Origin: Promethearchaeota archaeon | GTDB taxonomy: Archaea > Asgardarchaeota > Lokiarchaeia > Sigyniarchaeales > SOKP01 | Length of the DNA stretch: 64,000 nucleotides | Assembly: GCA_030599585.1 (NCBI GenBank) | Contig: JAUVNS010000012.1 | Span: 32,001-96,000, forward strand | Direction of reading: 5' to 3' | Part shown: positions 26,887-38,454 of the stretch, one piece after another | Numbering within the stretch: the stretch's first letter is position 1 | Layout: every line of letters starts with the position of its first letter | Program-made: the position numbers and the translations under genes | Notes under the pieces: model-generated | What the model was told of the DNA's origin: nothing | The model's input: only the letters and a program-made list of their open reading frames with translations | The model's database searches: none

Positions 26887-28425
26887 TTATTTGTAGATCG
26901 CGTAATTTTCGTCTAAATTTTTCCTAAGGTTTAGTGAAAGATTAAACCTTTTAGCATAAAACTCAAAAATAATACTGTCTATTGATTTCTGTTCCTCAGA
27001 ATAATCGTAGGACAAATTTTTCTTCTTATTTTCAACAATTTTTTTAACCAGCAAACTTACAGCATCCATCGTTCCTTTATCAGGTTTAATAAAAGGTAAC
27101 GAGTGTATTCCAGTTAGTTGAATGCTATTAGTATTGTTTAAAATACCTTTAGATAAGTAATTGTATAACGAACTATTCAATAATCCTAAAAAATATTCAA
27201 TTGAGATGGAATTATCTTCAACAATAAATCCCATTGCTTTATTAGAATCCCAATAACACCCCTTAGGCATATAGCGCGCGGCTAATCTCGAACTAACACC
27301 ACTTACTACAATCCCTTCCTCTCCAAAAGGGACTGATTTAGGAATATCGTAAATTGGTATTGACTCTTGTTTCCAATCTAGAGCCTCCATAACAGGTCTA
27401 TAATATTGGTCCCCTCCACCTCTTTTTAAATAAGGTTTCCATCTTCCTGATTCCAGATCGATTCGAGAGATGACTTTAAATTTATCGCTTTTATTTTTAT
27501 TTCTACTATTCTTTCTAAAAATGGCCTCTAATTCAGTGTTTTCAATCGCGGCTATGAATTTCTTATTATCATGAGTATGCATTCCAATATAACCCTTTAT
27601 AAAAAGTTCAAGTTTAGGTGAGTTTTCAAACAAATCTAATATTTGGTCCTCAGCGTCCACGAAAAAGATGTTAAAAGGGAGCGATTTATACATCTTCTGT
27701 TTAATTTCGGTTATTATTGGAGGTTTCCAATATTCATCTTCGCTTTTAATACGCGGGATAATTTTCATAATGTTATTATCCCGAACTTGCTCGTTGTCAT
27801 CCTTGGAACACTTAGTAAGAATAATAATTACAGGGTAGGTACTTACTTTTTGCTTATCAAATAAATTAATTGGAGCAAGTAAAATCTCATTTATAACGCA
27901 ATTATTAAGAATAAAATTTCTTAATTTAGAATGTGTATTTAGAGTTAAAAACGAATCACTCATAATAAAGCCCAATTTCCCGCCCTCTTTTAACCGCCAT
28001 ATACCATTTACTATAAACATTGAATATGTTTCGTGAGCGTTGATCTTTCCATAAATTTTTTTTAGTTCAGTTCTGTTTTTCCTTACGTAACTACTTGCTT
28101 TATTCAAGTATGGAGGATTTCCAACAACAAAATCAAACTCTCCGTAAAATTCTGGAGTTATCGATAATAAGTTATCTAAATTTTTAAAACTCACTCCTAA
28201 ATTTTTAATTATTGGCTCATAAGTTGGATCTATATCAAAGGCATGAATTTGGTTTTGATTTACACCTGCTTTTATTAATGTTTCAACAAAAATTCCTGGG
28301 CCTACGCATGGATCCAATATTTTTTGACTTTTTTTAATCGTACCTAATTTGGACACTATGTATTCCGCGGTTTTAGGAGGAGTTAACACAACCCCCAATT
28401 CTTTTCCCATCAAATCCTTTTTCAT
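26887..28425 (-). CDS. N6-adenine DNA methyltransferase (TaqI/Eco57I-like, gamma class) with C-terminal TRD
   Basis: TP, ILDPCVGPG.F (motif I), VGNPPY (motif IV), LK.GG.LGFI, YFLGLLNS. Confidence 0.88.
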   Translation of the reverse strand: MKKDLMGKELGVVLTPPKTAEYIVSKLGTIKKSQKILDPCVGPGIFVETLIKAGVNQNQIHAFDIDPTYEPIIKNLGVSFKNLDNLLSITPEFYGEFDFVVGNPPYLNKASSYVRKNRTELKKIYGKINAHETYSMFIVNGIWRLKEGGKLGFIMSDSFLTLNTHSKLRNFILNNCVINEILLAPINLFDKQKVSTYPVIIILTKCSKDDNEQVRDNNIMKIIPRIKSEDEYWKPPIITEIKQKMYKSLPFNIFFVDAEDQILDLFENSPKLELFIKGYIGMHTHDNKKFIAAIENTELEAIFRKNSRNKNKSDKFKVISRIDLESGRWKPYLKRGGGDQYYRPVMEALDWKQESIPIYDIPKSVPFGEEGIVVSGVSSRLAARYMPKGCYWDSNKAMGFIVEDNSISIEYFLGLLNSSLYNYLSKGILNNTNSIQLTGIHSLPFIKPDKGTMDAVSLLVKKIVENKKKNLSYDYSEEQKSIDSIIFEFYAKRFNLSLNLRKNLDENYAIYK

Positions 28426-28452
28426 ACGATAATCTTATATTATATATCTAGA

Positions 28453-29622
28453 TTAAGTTTGGTTGTCTGAAGCTATTAAGTTATCGATGATCATTTCGCA
28501 TAATTTTTTTAAAAGAGGTACATCTACCTTATCTACTGTGTCGTGTATTGAATGTATGTATTCGTACGATTCTAGATCACCTATCCCAATACCATAAAAT
28601 TTCTTCTTTTTCAAATAGTAACCATCAGAAAAAGTTCCAAAATAGATTTTTTTTGGATTCCTCTTAATTTCTATCCCCTTTTTGTTCTTTAAAAACATTT
28701 CAAAGATAGTTTCCACTTGTTTTGACCTTTTTTTTCCCGGAAATAGGTATAAATTTCTTGCTATTGCATCAAAATTAAAAAAGAATGATTGTTCCTTATT
28801 TACCCCAGATATTATATTATAAAAATTCCTAATTCCCATAGTCCCGCATTCTTCAGCTCCAGTAAATACAAACCATAAGTTAAAATTTTCTAACCTTGAT
28901 TCTAGATTTGTAAAATGGTTTAATAATTCGAGTACAATTGCTATTCCAGAAGAGTTGTCAATTGCTCCTATAGATTCATCATTTGTAGTGTTTAATAAAA
29001 ATAGAATTGTAGCAATTAAGTTGACTCCTAAAACTACAATTCCTAACACATGGAGCTGTACATACAAAGAAGGAAGAAGATAGTTTCGAAAGATTAAGAT
29101 AAAAACTAGTATTATCCACGAAAAAACCCATGTTCGGATAATTCGAACCCGCCCAAGAATCGAAAATCTTTGTCCTTTTGAATCCAAATGGCACATAAAA
29201 AGGATATTTCCCATTTTGCGTTCTTCTTTTCCGTTGTCTCTCTCGTTGTGTTTAGCTCTAATTTTTACATAAAGATTTTCGGAATTCAATTTGTTCTTTA
29301 TTCTAATATTTTCTGGTTTCCTCGTAAGTAACAGTAAAACAACCATCAACATAGCTATGAAAGCTAAAGAAATGGGAATTATAATAGTAATTACATTTAT
29401 AAATAACAAAAAAAGGATAGCAAATCCTGAAACGAAAGCTATTTTTGGATAAACTCTACCAAAAAATGTGCTAAACACAAAAGTTTGACTCAGCGGATCC
29501 TGATTCAAATCTTCTACTTTAGAACGAGCTAATTTCAGCGCTTTTTTTTCACCATCCGTTCCTGATAATCTAGGAAATGAAAAAGTTGTTAAATTCTCTT
29601 TTAAACGTTTCTCATCGATCAT
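28453..29622 (-). CDS. M28-family metallopeptidase with inserted TM segments
   Basis: HLDSK, GAIDNSSG, TGAEECG, NFD, SD, H...D. Confidence 0.85.
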   Translation of the reverse strand: MIDEKRLKENLTTFSFPRLSGTDGEKKALKLARSKVEDLNQDPLSQTFVFSTFFGRVYPKIAFVSGFAILFLLFINVITIIIPISLAFIAMLMVVLLLLTRKPENIRIKNKLNSENLYVKIRAKHNERDNGKEERKMGNILFMCHLDSKGQRFSILGRVRIIRTWVFSWIILVFILIFRNYLLPSLYVQLHVLGIVVLGVNLIATILFLLNTTNDESIGAIDNSSGIAIVLELLNHFTNLESRLENFNLWFVFTGAEECGTMGIRNFYNIISGVNKEQSFFFNFDAIARNLYLFPGKKRSKQVETIFEMFLKNKKGIEIKRNPKKIYFGTFSDGYYLKKKKFYGIGIGDLESYEYIHSIHDTVDKVDVPLLKKLCEMIIDNLIASDNQT

Positions 29623-29641
29623 TTATCTACCCTACTATATT

Positions 29642-31306
29642 TTATTCCAAATAAGCTCCGTACTTAGCAGAACTTACGAGCTTTCTATAAATTCTTAAAT
29701 ATCCTTTCTTAACAATCGATTCCGGCCTTTTCCAATTATTTAATCTATCTTCTATTTCTTCTTTCGATACTATTAAGGTAAGCTGTCGATTAGCTATATC
29801 GATTTCGATCTCATCTCCATCACGAACGATTGAAATTGGTCCTCCATCGTAAGCTTCTGGACACACATGTCCGATACACGGTCCTCTTGTAGCACCTGAA
29901 TACCTTCCATCTGTAATCATGGCGACTGATTCACCTAATCCCATGCCGATAAGAACTGCTGCTGGTATTGATAATTCTCTCATCCCAGGTCCCCCCTTAG
30001 GTCCTTCGTTTCTAATTACTACTACATCTCCTTCTTTGATTTTATCTTCTGTTAACGCATCCATTATTTCCTCTTCCGATTCAAACACCTTTGCATATCC
30101 TTTATGATATTTCATCTTATCACTTACTGCGCTTTGTTTTATTATCGCTCCTTCTGGTGCTAAATTCCCTTTTAATACCGCAATTCCTCCCTCAGCAGAA
30201 ATTGGATCTTCTATAGATCTTATAATATGGTATTCGTGGATCATTACTTTTTCGAGGTACTCTTTTAAAGGGTCTCCTAAAACATTTATGGTTGATAAGT
30301 CTAGTTTCTTCGCTAATTTCTTCATCACGACCTTAACTCCTCCTGCTTCGTGAAACTCTGTGATCGTGTACTCAGACGAAGGTTTAAATTTAGCCAAAAG
30401 AGGGACAGATTTACTTAGCTCATCGAAATCAAAGTGGTTTAAAGAGCCGCCTATTTCGTGTGATAACGCGCACATGTGAAGAATCATATTTGTTGAGCCT
30501 CCAAAGGAAAGGGCAACTTTAGAGGCATTTATAATTGATTGATTAGTTATTAAAGTTAAAGCGGTTATTTTTTTTTCTACAAGATTTACTATTGCTTTTC
30601 CAGTTTCTCTACTCAATTCTTGACGTTCAGTTCCAATAGCACTTAGAGTAGCACAATCAGGTAAAGAAAGCCCTAATGCTTCAACAATGCACGCCATTGT
30701 GTTTGCAGTGCCCATCATATTACATGCTCCCGCAGAACAACAAGTTTGCGACTCAATAAGGTATAATTCTTCTGAAGTTATTTTCTTTGATTTATATTGA
30801 CCTATTGCCTCTTTTATATCGGATGTGACATAGGTCTTCCCTTTTAATGAACCAGTTGTAAAAGTTTTAGGCTCCATTATTCCCCCAGTTAGAAAAATAG
30901 TTGGAATATCGCACCTAACAGCTGCTAAAAGCATGCCTGGAATAATTTTATCACAAGAACAAATCATAACCATTCCATCAAACTCATAGGCTTTTATTGT
31001 GCTTTCAATTGATGAAGCGATGATTTCTCGCGTAGGTAAAACAAATTTAGAATTATTGCCTGAATTAGCAATTCCATCGCAAAGCGCTATAGTATTGAAT
31101 TCCATAGGCGTTCCTCCAGCATCTCTTATTCCGTCTTTTACAAATTCACTTAATTTACGTAAATGAATATGTCCGGGATTTATTTCATTCCACGAGTTCA
31201 CTATTGCTATTAAAGGTTTTTCCAAATCCTGATAAGAATATCCACATCCATGAAATAATGCTCTTTTATAAGCTAAAAGTGGATTCAATTCTTTTTTTTC
31301 TAACAT
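29642..31306 (-). CDS. ilvD: Dihydroxy-acid dehydratase (IlvD/Edd family)
   Basis: [53 protein letters not shown]. Confidence 0.93.
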   Translation of the reverse strand: MLEKKELNPLLAYKRALFHGCGYSYQDLEKPLIAIVNSWNEINPGHIHLRKLSEFVKDGIRDAGGTPMEFNTIALCDGIANSGNNSKFVLPTREIIASSIESTIKAYEFDGMVMICSCDKIIPGMLLAAVRCDIPTIFLTGGIMEPKTFTTGSLKGKTYVTSDIKEAIGQYKSKKITSEELYLIESQTCCSAGACNMMGTANTMACIVEALGLSLPDCATLSAIGTERQELSRETGKAIVNLVEKKITALTLITNQSIINASKVALSFGGSTNMILHMCALSHEIGGSLNHFDFDELSKSVPLLAKFKPSSEYTITEFHEAGGVKVVMKKLAKKLDLSTINVLGDPLKEYLEKVMIHEYHIIRSIEDPISAEGGIAVLKGNLAPEGAIIKQSAVSDKMKYHKGYAKVFESEEEIMDALTEDKIKEGDVVVIRNEGPKGGPGMRELSIPAAVLIGMGLGESVAMITDGRYSGATRGPCIGHVCPEAYDGGPISIVRDGDEIEIDIANRQLTLIVSKEEIEDRLNNWKRPESIVKKGYLRIYRKLVSSAKYGAYLE

Positions 31307-31416
31307 CGTATATTATCAAATCCGCTCATGGTTTAATTATATTTAACGTAAAATTACATCTAAATATTATTTTAAGGCATAATTCTTTTATCTAAATCTT
31401 AGGAAAGTAGATATTT

Positions 31417-32178
31417 CTAAAATCTGAGAGAGAGACAAGAAAGACCTCCATCCATCTTTTCAAATTCAGACATTTCAAGCTCTATGACTCTAAAACTAAA
31501 GTTTAGGAGTTGTTTCTTTAAGTTTACATACCCTTTTGGTATAAGCACATATTTATTTACCCTTAGGCTATTTGTTGCGTAAACTTCACTTTCTTGAACT
31601 TCAATGAGATTATACTTTCTAAAATCGGGATGGTTTTTAAATTCCCCAGATACAAGTAAAATTGCATCCCCTAAATAAGATATTCCCGTTTTTAAGTGGA
31701 GGACTTTTTTAAGAGGAACTGTGGTCGAAGAATATCCATATCTTTTTAAAATCCTCTTTAATTGATTAGCTCCTTCATCATTTGTTCTATTCGAAAGTCC
31801 TATGTAATAATGTTCTTCAACCTTCATTATGTCTCCTCCTTCTAACGTACCAGGATTTCTTATTGATTCCAATGTGTTGTAAAATGTCTTTAATTTATCC
31901 TTAATTTCAATTTGTTCACCCTGTCTACTTTTTACTCCAAAATTAGTTGTTACAGCGAAAGCTTCATCCACTATTGCAGTGTCTTCAACAAAAGTCGAAT
32001 CTGGAAAGCGACTATCTTCATTTAATTCAAGTACAGAGAGATTGCATTTTATTAGTGCTTCTACATATTTTGAATGCTGTAGTAAAGCCCTTTGATAATC
32101 AGGCTTTCCTAAATTGGATGTAGAAATCCCAAATTGAAAATTTTTGCATGGTTTCCTGACTATTGCATGTTTAAACAT
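31417..32178 (-). CDS. Dimethylarginine dimethylaminohydrolase / amidinotransferase family
   Basis: FPDS.FVEDTA, R.GE, LEGGD, LHLKTG, DGGLSCLSLRF. Confidence 0.92.
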   Translation of the reverse strand: MFKHAIVRKPCKNFQFGISTSNLGKPDYQRALLQHSKYVEALIKCNLSVLELNEDSRFPDSTFVEDTAIVDEAFAVTTNFGVKSRQGEQIEIKDKLKTFYNTLESIRNPGTLEGGDIMKVEEHYYIGLSNRTNDEGANQLKRILKRYGYSSTTVPLKKVLHLKTGISYLGDAILLVSGEFKNHPDFRKYNLIEVQESEVYATNSLRVNKYVLIPKGYVNLKKQLLNFSFRVIELEMSEFEKMDGGLSCLSLRF

Positions 32179-32317
32179 AATTTTAACAATTTATTTATAC
32201 ACTTTATTTGAATTTTTATTTGTTTAGCTTTAACTACAGATAATTCTTATTAAGTTTAATTTTCTTGTGTAAAGAAACAGAGTTATATAAATTTCATAAA
32301 TAATTTTATTAAATGAT

Positions 32318-33424
32318 ATGCTGAAGGTTGGAATTATTGGAACGGGGGTCATTTTCGATTTAAATGTTCTTGGATACTTGAATAATAAAGATGTTGAAAT
32401 TACAAGCTTATGCAATAGAACTATAGATAAAGCTAAAGCTAAAATTAAAAAATTCAATCTACATAAGGATACCCGAATATATTCTGACTACAAAAAAATG
32501 CTAGATAATGAACAATTAGATTTAATAGAGATTTTACTTCCCCATCATCTCCACGCAGATGCTACTATTTATGCTGCTAAAAAAGGAATTAAGGCAATAT
32601 CGGTCCAAAAGCCTATGGCTTTAAATCTTGAACAGGCAGACGAAATGATCGAAGAGTGTAAAAAATCTCAATCAATATTATCAATCTATGAAAATTTCAT
32701 GTTTGCTCCACATATTTTAAAAGCTAAAGAGCTATTAGATGCAGATTACATTGGTGATCCGTCCTCAATTCGAATTAAAACTGCTATGGGTGCTACGGGA
32801 GGTTGGAAAGTTCCAGAAAGTGCTAACGAATGGAGAAAAGATCCAGATATGATTGGTGGTACCGAAAAAGGTTCGCCTGTTTTATTAGATAACGGTTGGC
32901 ACGCTTTTGTTTTGGCATCCTGGTTTTTTGGAGAAGAAATCGAAAAAGTATTTGCCTGGACAGGTAATTATAAAGGTTTAGATGCACCAGCTTATGTGAT
33001 GTTCAAATATAAGCAAAGTAGAGAACATGTAGTACCTCAATATGGACATATGGAATTTTCTCTGATGCCAGAGATGCAAATTCCCTCTAAATATTATCCG
33101 ACAGACGAATTTATAGAAATCATTGCAAGTAGGGGCATAATGAAAATTAACCAAGGGACATCTTTAGGAAACTTGATGTCAAATTCAAAAATTTTTGCTC
33201 CTATCGTCATAATTCGAGACGGAAAAGTAGAAACTTACGAAAATTTTGACAATGATTGGAAAAATAGCTTTATAGGAGCCACGAAACATTTAATAGATGT
33301 TGCTAAAGGCATAAAAGAACCAATATTATCTGGAGAAGATGCGAGAGAGATTCTAAAATTTAATTTAGCAGCAATAAAATCAACTCAAATAAGCAAAGAG
33401 GTTGTAATTGACAGCTTTATTTAG
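32318..33424 (+). CDS. Gfo/Idh/MocA oxidoreductase
   Basis: KVGIIGTG, LPHHLH, VQKPMA, D.GWH. Confidence 0.9.
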   Translation: MLKVGIIGTGVIFDLNVLGYLNNKDVEITSLCNRTIDKAKAKIKKFNLHKDTRIYSDYKKMLDNEQLDLIEILLPHHLHADATIYAAKKGIKAISVQKPMALNLEQADEMIEECKKSQSILSIYENFMFAPHILKAKELLDADYIGDPSSIRIKTAMGATGGWKVPESANEWRKDPDMIGGTEKGSPVLLDNGWHAFVLASWFFGEEIEKVFAWTGNYKGLDAPAYVMFKYKQSREHVVPQYGHMEFSLMPEMQIPSKYYPTDEFIEIIASRGIMKINQGTSLGNLMSNSKIFAPIVIIRDGKVETYENFDNDWKNSFIGATKHLIDVAKGIKEPILSGEDAREILKFNLAAIKSTQISKEVVIDSFI

Positions 33425-33444
33425 TAAAATTATTTGAATAAAGA

Positions 33445-34701
33445 CTAGCGATCGTATTGATATCTAAATATTTTATTTTCTAATCCCTTTTTTATGCCTT
33501 CTTTCAAATCTTTACGAGATCTTCTATAATACTTGATCATTCCAGAATCGTCTAAGTCTTTTGGTGTTTCTACGATACAGGATTGATTTTTCTCGTTTTC
33601 TGAGGTGATTTCGTTCCAATTAACTTCCTCCTTTCTTTGCTGAGAGATAAAAGGCATTTTAGCAAAAATACACAAATTTCTCCCTTGTTCTCCAGTATAT
33701 ATGGGATCAGTTCCTTTTTTAATCGCGTCAATAAAATGTTCCGTTGAATTTATGAAAGAATAACGCCAGTCGCGAGGTAAATCTTCGCCGTAAACATTAA
33801 CTTTTCCATTGCTATAAACTACAATGGGAGGATTTTGCGGAGTTTTAGATATAATATTTCCTCCCGAAGTACATTGGTTAATCCACATCATCCCTTTCGT
33901 TCCGGATATTTCGATGAATTCATCGCAATTGTAGTAATTACTCGGATAATAAAGATTAGGAGCGAGAGTAAATTGCATTGAACCAAATTTTGGAGGATCA
34001 CTGTCGCTTTTGTTTGGATATTTCCAGAAAATTATGCTTGGTGAATCCATGAAGGTTGCAAAATAATCTATCCAACTATAGACCTTTTCAACTCTTTCTT
34101 GACCCATTAACCACAAGGCCATAGAAAATTTGTGAATTCCATCGTCGTATATCCAAGTGCCTCCTCCACATGTATCTACATTTATACGCCAAATTTCCGA
34201 TTTAAGGCCAACATGCATACTAGGACCTCCTGTACCAATGGTATTTATCCTGAAATTTAAAAGCTCTCCAATTACTCCATTATCTAATAACTCTTTTGCT
34301 TTCAAATAAACGGGATAAAATCTAAAATTTTCGAATAGTTTAAGCGTAACTCCTTCGTCCTTGCAAACTGAAATCATTTTTTCGCAGCCTGTAATAGTAT
34401 GTGCCATCGGTTTTTGTACAGATATTCCAGAAACTCCCGCTTTTGCGCAATATTCCGTCATGGGAGCGTGAAGGTTGTGAGGCGTGAGTATCTCTACAAT
34501 ATCTAAATCTTCACGATCTATCATTTCTTTGTAATTAAGGTAGATTTTCGTTGTGCGTAATCCCCATCTTTCCAACTTTTTGCCAGCTGTTTTAATATCA
34601 ATATCGCTTACAGCTACTAGATCGGCGTCTTGCGAGCGAATGTATCCTAACACGTTTAGATTTGCAATATCGCCTGTGCCAATAATTCCAACTTTTAGCA
34701 T
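33445..34701 (-). CDS. Gfo/Idh/MocA oxidoreductase (convergent paralog)
   Basis: KVGIIGTG, TPHNLH, VQKPMA, DDGIH. Confidence 0.9.
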   Translation of the reverse strand: MLKVGIIGTGDIANLNVLGYIRSQDADLVAVSDIDIKTAGKKLERWGLRTTKIYLNYKEMIDREDLDIVEILTPHNLHAPMTEYCAKAGVSGISVQKPMAHTITGCEKMISVCKDEGVTLKLFENFRFYPVYLKAKELLDNGVIGELLNFRINTIGTGGPSMHVGLKSEIWRINVDTCGGGTWIYDDGIHKFSMALWLMGQERVEKVYSWIDYFATFMDSPSIIFWKYPNKSDSDPPKFGSMQFTLAPNLYYPSNYYNCDEFIEISGTKGMMWINQCTSGGNIISKTPQNPPIVVYSNGKVNVYGEDLPRDWRYSFINSTEHFIDAIKKGTDPIYTGEQGRNLCIFAKMPFISQQRKEEVNWNEITSENEKNQSCIVETPKDLDDSGMIKYYRRSRKDLKEGIKKGLENKIFRYQYDR

Positions 34702-34920
34702 TTTCTAAAATTACAGATAAATTACAGATTATTTGTTTTAATTTGCTCAAAATTAAAAAGTTTTAGATGAAGGTTAACCACCTTCCAATCTATCAGAATC
34801 ATATTATCTTAATATTTTTAGTATATGAAGCGACAAAAAATAAACCTTTAAATAAACTAACAAAGAAATCTAAACTATAGTCTCATTATTGTATTAATTA
34901 ATATAAGGTTGAAATAAAAA

Positions 34921-35349
34921 ATGGTTGACGAAAATTTAGTAAAAGAGTTAAAAGAAATGAGAGAAAAGGGTCCTAGTAAACCCTCAGATGCTCTCAAAAT
35001 GTACGAATTTGTTAAGCAAATGGTTGATGAAAGCGAGGATTTAAAAGAAGAACTAGATGACATTGATACCATGGTTGTTCAACTCATAGTTACAGACGCT
35101 GATTTTAAATATTGGGTAAAATTGGGGGACGGGAAAGTGGATTATGGAGAGGGAGATGGTGATGATCCGAGTGTTACCATGTCTGCAACAGGTGCAACTT
35201 GGTCAGGGCTGTCCTCTGGTGAGATGGACTCAACTAGCGCTTATATGTCAGGTGATTTAGTAATAGACGGAAACTTGCAAGATGCAATCGCCTATGGAGA
35301 GATCCTCGCTATTGCTATGGAGGAAGGCGCGCAATATTTTGAGAAGTAA
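34921..35349 (+). CDS. SCP2 sterol/lipid-binding domain protein
   Basis: C-terminal SGEMD.TSAYMSG.L.IDGNL..A SCP2 signature. Confidence 0.88.
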   Translation: MVDENLVKELKEMREKGPSKPSDALKMYEFVKQMVDESEDLKEELDDIDTMVVQLIVTDADFKYWVKLGDGKVDYGEGDGDDPSVTMSATGATWSGLSSGEMDSTSAYMSGDLVIDGNLQDAIAYGEILAIAMEEGAQYFEK

Positions 35350-35455
35350 ACCTCCAGCTACGCAGAATTACGAATTTTTTTTTTTCTATTTTTAACGCAA
35401 GAATTTTCAAGTTAAAGTAAAAAATTAAGAATTTAGTAAAAAAATATCTTATAAT

Positions 35456-37510
35456 TTATTCCAAATAATCAATTTCTCCTTGGAGTCGAATATCTCTCGA
35501 AGAACTTCCGACTAGTATATTGAAAGCACCAGTTTCAACAACCCAAGAATTGACTGCTTCGTCATAAAAGGAAAGATCCTCTTTTTTCAACTCAAATATA
35601 ACTGTTTTTGTTTCGTTGGGATGTAGAGAGACTTTTTCAAACCTTTTTAACTCTTTGGTTGGCCTTTCTATGCTTGATTTAACATCTTGTATGTATAATT
35701 GAACAATTTCCTTTCCTTCAATTTTTCCGGAGTTAGTGACATCAATGGATACTTTAATTACATCATTATTTTTTATTTTTTTCTTGTCAATCATTAAGTT
35801 TTCGTAACTGAAAGAGGTGTACGATAAACCGAAACCAAACGGGAAAAGTGGTTCAATACTTTTCTTATCAAAATGGCGATAACCAACAAATATACCCTCG
35901 TCATAAAACACCTTGTCATCACCTGGAAATGTTCTTTTAGAAACATGGGCGGGCGAATCTGATAATTTTTTTGGAAAAGTTAGTGTTAGTTTTCCAGAAG
36001 GATTGGTGTCCCCAAAAATTACGCTTGCAATCGCTCTTCCAGCTTCCATACCTCCATACCATGCTTCAACAACAGAAGATACATTATCTATCCAGCTATT
36101 CATGGCTATTGGGCTTCCGTTGATTAGAACTATAATCGTATTAGCACACTCATTCGCAGTTTTTTGTATTAGTTCAATCTGTTCGCTAGGTAATTCAAAG
36201 GATTTCTTATCTTCGCCCTCAGCGTCCATACCGGGGTTATGATTTAATCCAGCAAATATAATTGTTGCATCAGCTTCTGATGGTATTTTCGTGAGTTCTA
36301 CTTGGTTCAAACATTTTTCCTTTAATCCATCAAGAGGACTAATCTTGTAAGGAGGATAATTAATCGAACTACCCCCGCTAGACATAATATCATCTCCCTC
36401 TGTTCTTAAGTTTGCGTTCGGACCAAGCACAGCAATTTTTTTTATTTCATTAATGTTTAATGGTAAACTGGCGTTATCGTTTTTCAAGAGGACAATTCCT
36501 TCTTCTGTAATCTTACGTGCTATTGCTTGATGTTCCGGAGTATTTCTACTACCTTTAGGTACTGCTTTCTCATCGTCGTACAATCCAACAAGAAACATAA
36601 CTCTAATTAATCTTCTAATGTTATCATTCAGATCTTCTTCCGTGAATCCTCCTTCCTGAAAGGCTTTTCTCATATTTGTCTTGTTATATTTTTTTGCAGT
36701 AGGCATCTCAAGAGAGAGTCCAGCCTTAACGCATTCTGCAGTACTTGTAGAAGCAGTTGCATTCCAATCAGAGACGGTAAATCCTCTAAAACCCCATTCT
36801 TCTATCAATCTTTCTTTCAATAAATTGACATTTTCCGATCCATAGATTCCATTTACCTTGTTATAACATGTCATAAAAGACCACGCATCTGCTTCCAGAA
36901 CTGTTGCTTTGAAAGCGGGCAGGTATATTTCTTGCAATGCTCTCTCGCTTACTTCGGTACTAACCGTAAATCTGTTTGTTTCTTGATTATTGCATACAAA
37001 ATGTTTCACACAAGCTGCTATTCTTTGACTTTGAATTCCTTTAACAGTAGCTACCGCTAGAATCTTGTTTAAGTAGGGATCTTCTGTTTGATATTCAAAA
37101 GTTCTACCATTCATTGGAGTTCTTTGAATATTAATTCCAGGAGCTAATAACATATGCGCCCCAACATCTCGAACCTCTTCCCCCACTGCTTTTCCAAATT
37201 CATATGAAAGATTTGGATTCCATGTGGCAGCCCTACATATAGCGGAAGGGAAGTATGTGGATTTTATTTCTCCCAAAGTGTCAGCTCGAACGCCGTGAGG
37301 TCCATCGTACATGGTGAAAGGTTTAACACCTAATCTTTTAATAGGTTTCGTATGCCACATTCGCCTACCTGAACTTAATTTAAATTTCTCCTCTAATGTC
37401 AATCTCCCTAATAAATCCTCAACTCTTTTTTCTAAATCAAGATTCTTGTCCATAAATGGGAATCTTTGAATTTGGTCTTCTGAATATTTTTCGCTCATTT
37501 TCGTTACCAC
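35456..37510 (-). CDS. Glycoside hydrolase family 3 (beta-glucosidase) with FnIII domain
   Basis: DGPHGVR, GR.FEY..EDP, KHF..N, SDW, GIVLLKN, PSGKL, PFGFGLSYT. Confidence 0.95.
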   Translation of the reverse strand: MVTKMSEKYSEDQIQRFPFMDKNLDLEKRVEDLLGRLTLEEKFKLSSGRRMWHTKPIKRLGVKPFTMYDGPHGVRADTLGEIKSTYFPSAICRAATWNPNLSYEFGKAVGEEVRDVGAHMLLAPGINIQRTPMNGRTFEYQTEDPYLNKILAVATVKGIQSQRIAACVKHFVCNNQETNRFTVSTEVSERALQEIYLPAFKATVLEADAWSFMTCYNKVNGIYGSENVNLLKERLIEEWGFRGFTVSDWNATASTSTAECVKAGLSLEMPTAKKYNKTNMRKAFQEGGFTEEDLNDNIRRLIRVMFLVGLYDDEKAVPKGSRNTPEHQAIARKITEEGIVLLKNDNASLPLNINEIKKIAVLGPNANLRTEGDDIMSSGGSSINYPPYKISPLDGLKEKCLNQVELTKIPSEADATIIFAGLNHNPGMDAEGEDKKSFELPSEQIELIQKTANECANTIIVLINGSPIAMNSWIDNVSSVVEAWYGGMEAGRAIASVIFGDTNPSGKLTLTFPKKLSDSPAHVSKRTFPGDDKVFYDEGIFVGYRHFDKKSIEPLFPFGFGLSYTSFSYENLMIDKKKIKNNDVIKVSIDVTNSGKIEGKEIVQLYIQDVKSSIERPTKELKRFEKVSLHPNETKTVIFELKKEDLSFYDEAVNSWVVETGAFNILVGSSSRDIRLQGEIDYLE

Positions 37511-37684
37511 TACCTAATACTTTAATTTTAAAATACAGAATAAAAAATAACTTTATCTGAATGAAAAAATTTATGATTTTATCAATATCACTCTTAATAC
37601 TATAAAGAATAGGATTTTGTTTTTAATAAATTAAAATCTTACTCGTTTAAAATAAAAAAAAAATTTAAAACGGAACTGAATGCT

Positions 37685-38425
37685 ATGACTATTCTATTAG
37701 ATTTATTGATTCTATTAATAACATTTATCTATGTGTTAGCTACTATTCTAATACCCGTCCAATTGAAAAAAAGAGACAAAATTACTAAATTTCAAGCTCG
37801 TAAAGCCGTACACCTATTTGCTGGGTTAGCAGTTTTATCAGCACCTTATTATTCCTGGTCATGGTGGGCTGTAATACTCGCTGGTTCAATGACACTTTTA
37901 ACTCTTCTTAGCTCAAAAAAAAGCGGCGTAAAACAATTAAAAGACTTGTACGATTCAATTGGAGAAGAAGCAGAAGAAAAAGTAGGTTATCTACAGGGAC
38001 CATTTCATTATTGCCTTTCAATTACATTATTGATTACGATTTTTGTTATTTTTGCGCCAGATCAGATGTATTTCCCAATTGCGGGAATTCTCTTGATGAT
38101 CATTTCAGATACGCTCGCATCGATCGTTGGTAAAAAATACGGTAAAAGAAAAATTAATCTCCCTTGGTTAAAGACTACTCGATCTTTAGAAGGCTCTATA
38201 GCTTTTTTTATTAGCGGTTTTATACTTTGCTTCTTTGCGTTCACCTTTTTAGGTGTTTCAAATCCTATAACACAAGTACATCTCTCACTTGGAGTTGCTC
38301 TATTATATTCACTAATTACTAGTGCTTTGGCGACCGTAATTGAATTAATCTCTCCATCGACATGGGACGATTTAACAATCCCTATTGCAACTGTGATATG
38401 TGTGTTCTTATTAACTCTAATTTAA
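37685..38425 (+). CDS. Phytol/dolichol kinase family (CTP-dependent isoprenoid alcohol kinase)
   Basis: RKAVH, D.LAS.VG..YG, RSLEGS, DD..IP; polytopic membrane protein. Confidence 0.85.
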   Translation: MTILLDLLILLITFIYVLATILIPVQLKKRDKITKFQARKAVHLFAGLAVLSAPYYSWSWWAVILAGSMTLLTLLSSKKSGVKQLKDLYDSIGEEAEEKVGYLQGPFHYCLSITLLITIFVIFAPDQMYFPIAGILLMIISDTLASIVGKKYGKRKINLPWLKTTRSLEGSIAFFISGFILCFFAFTFLGVSNPITQVHLSLGVALLYSLITSALATVIELISPSTWDDLTIPIATVICVFLLTLI

Positions 38426-38454
38426 TCACTATTCTTATTTTTACTTAGATACTT

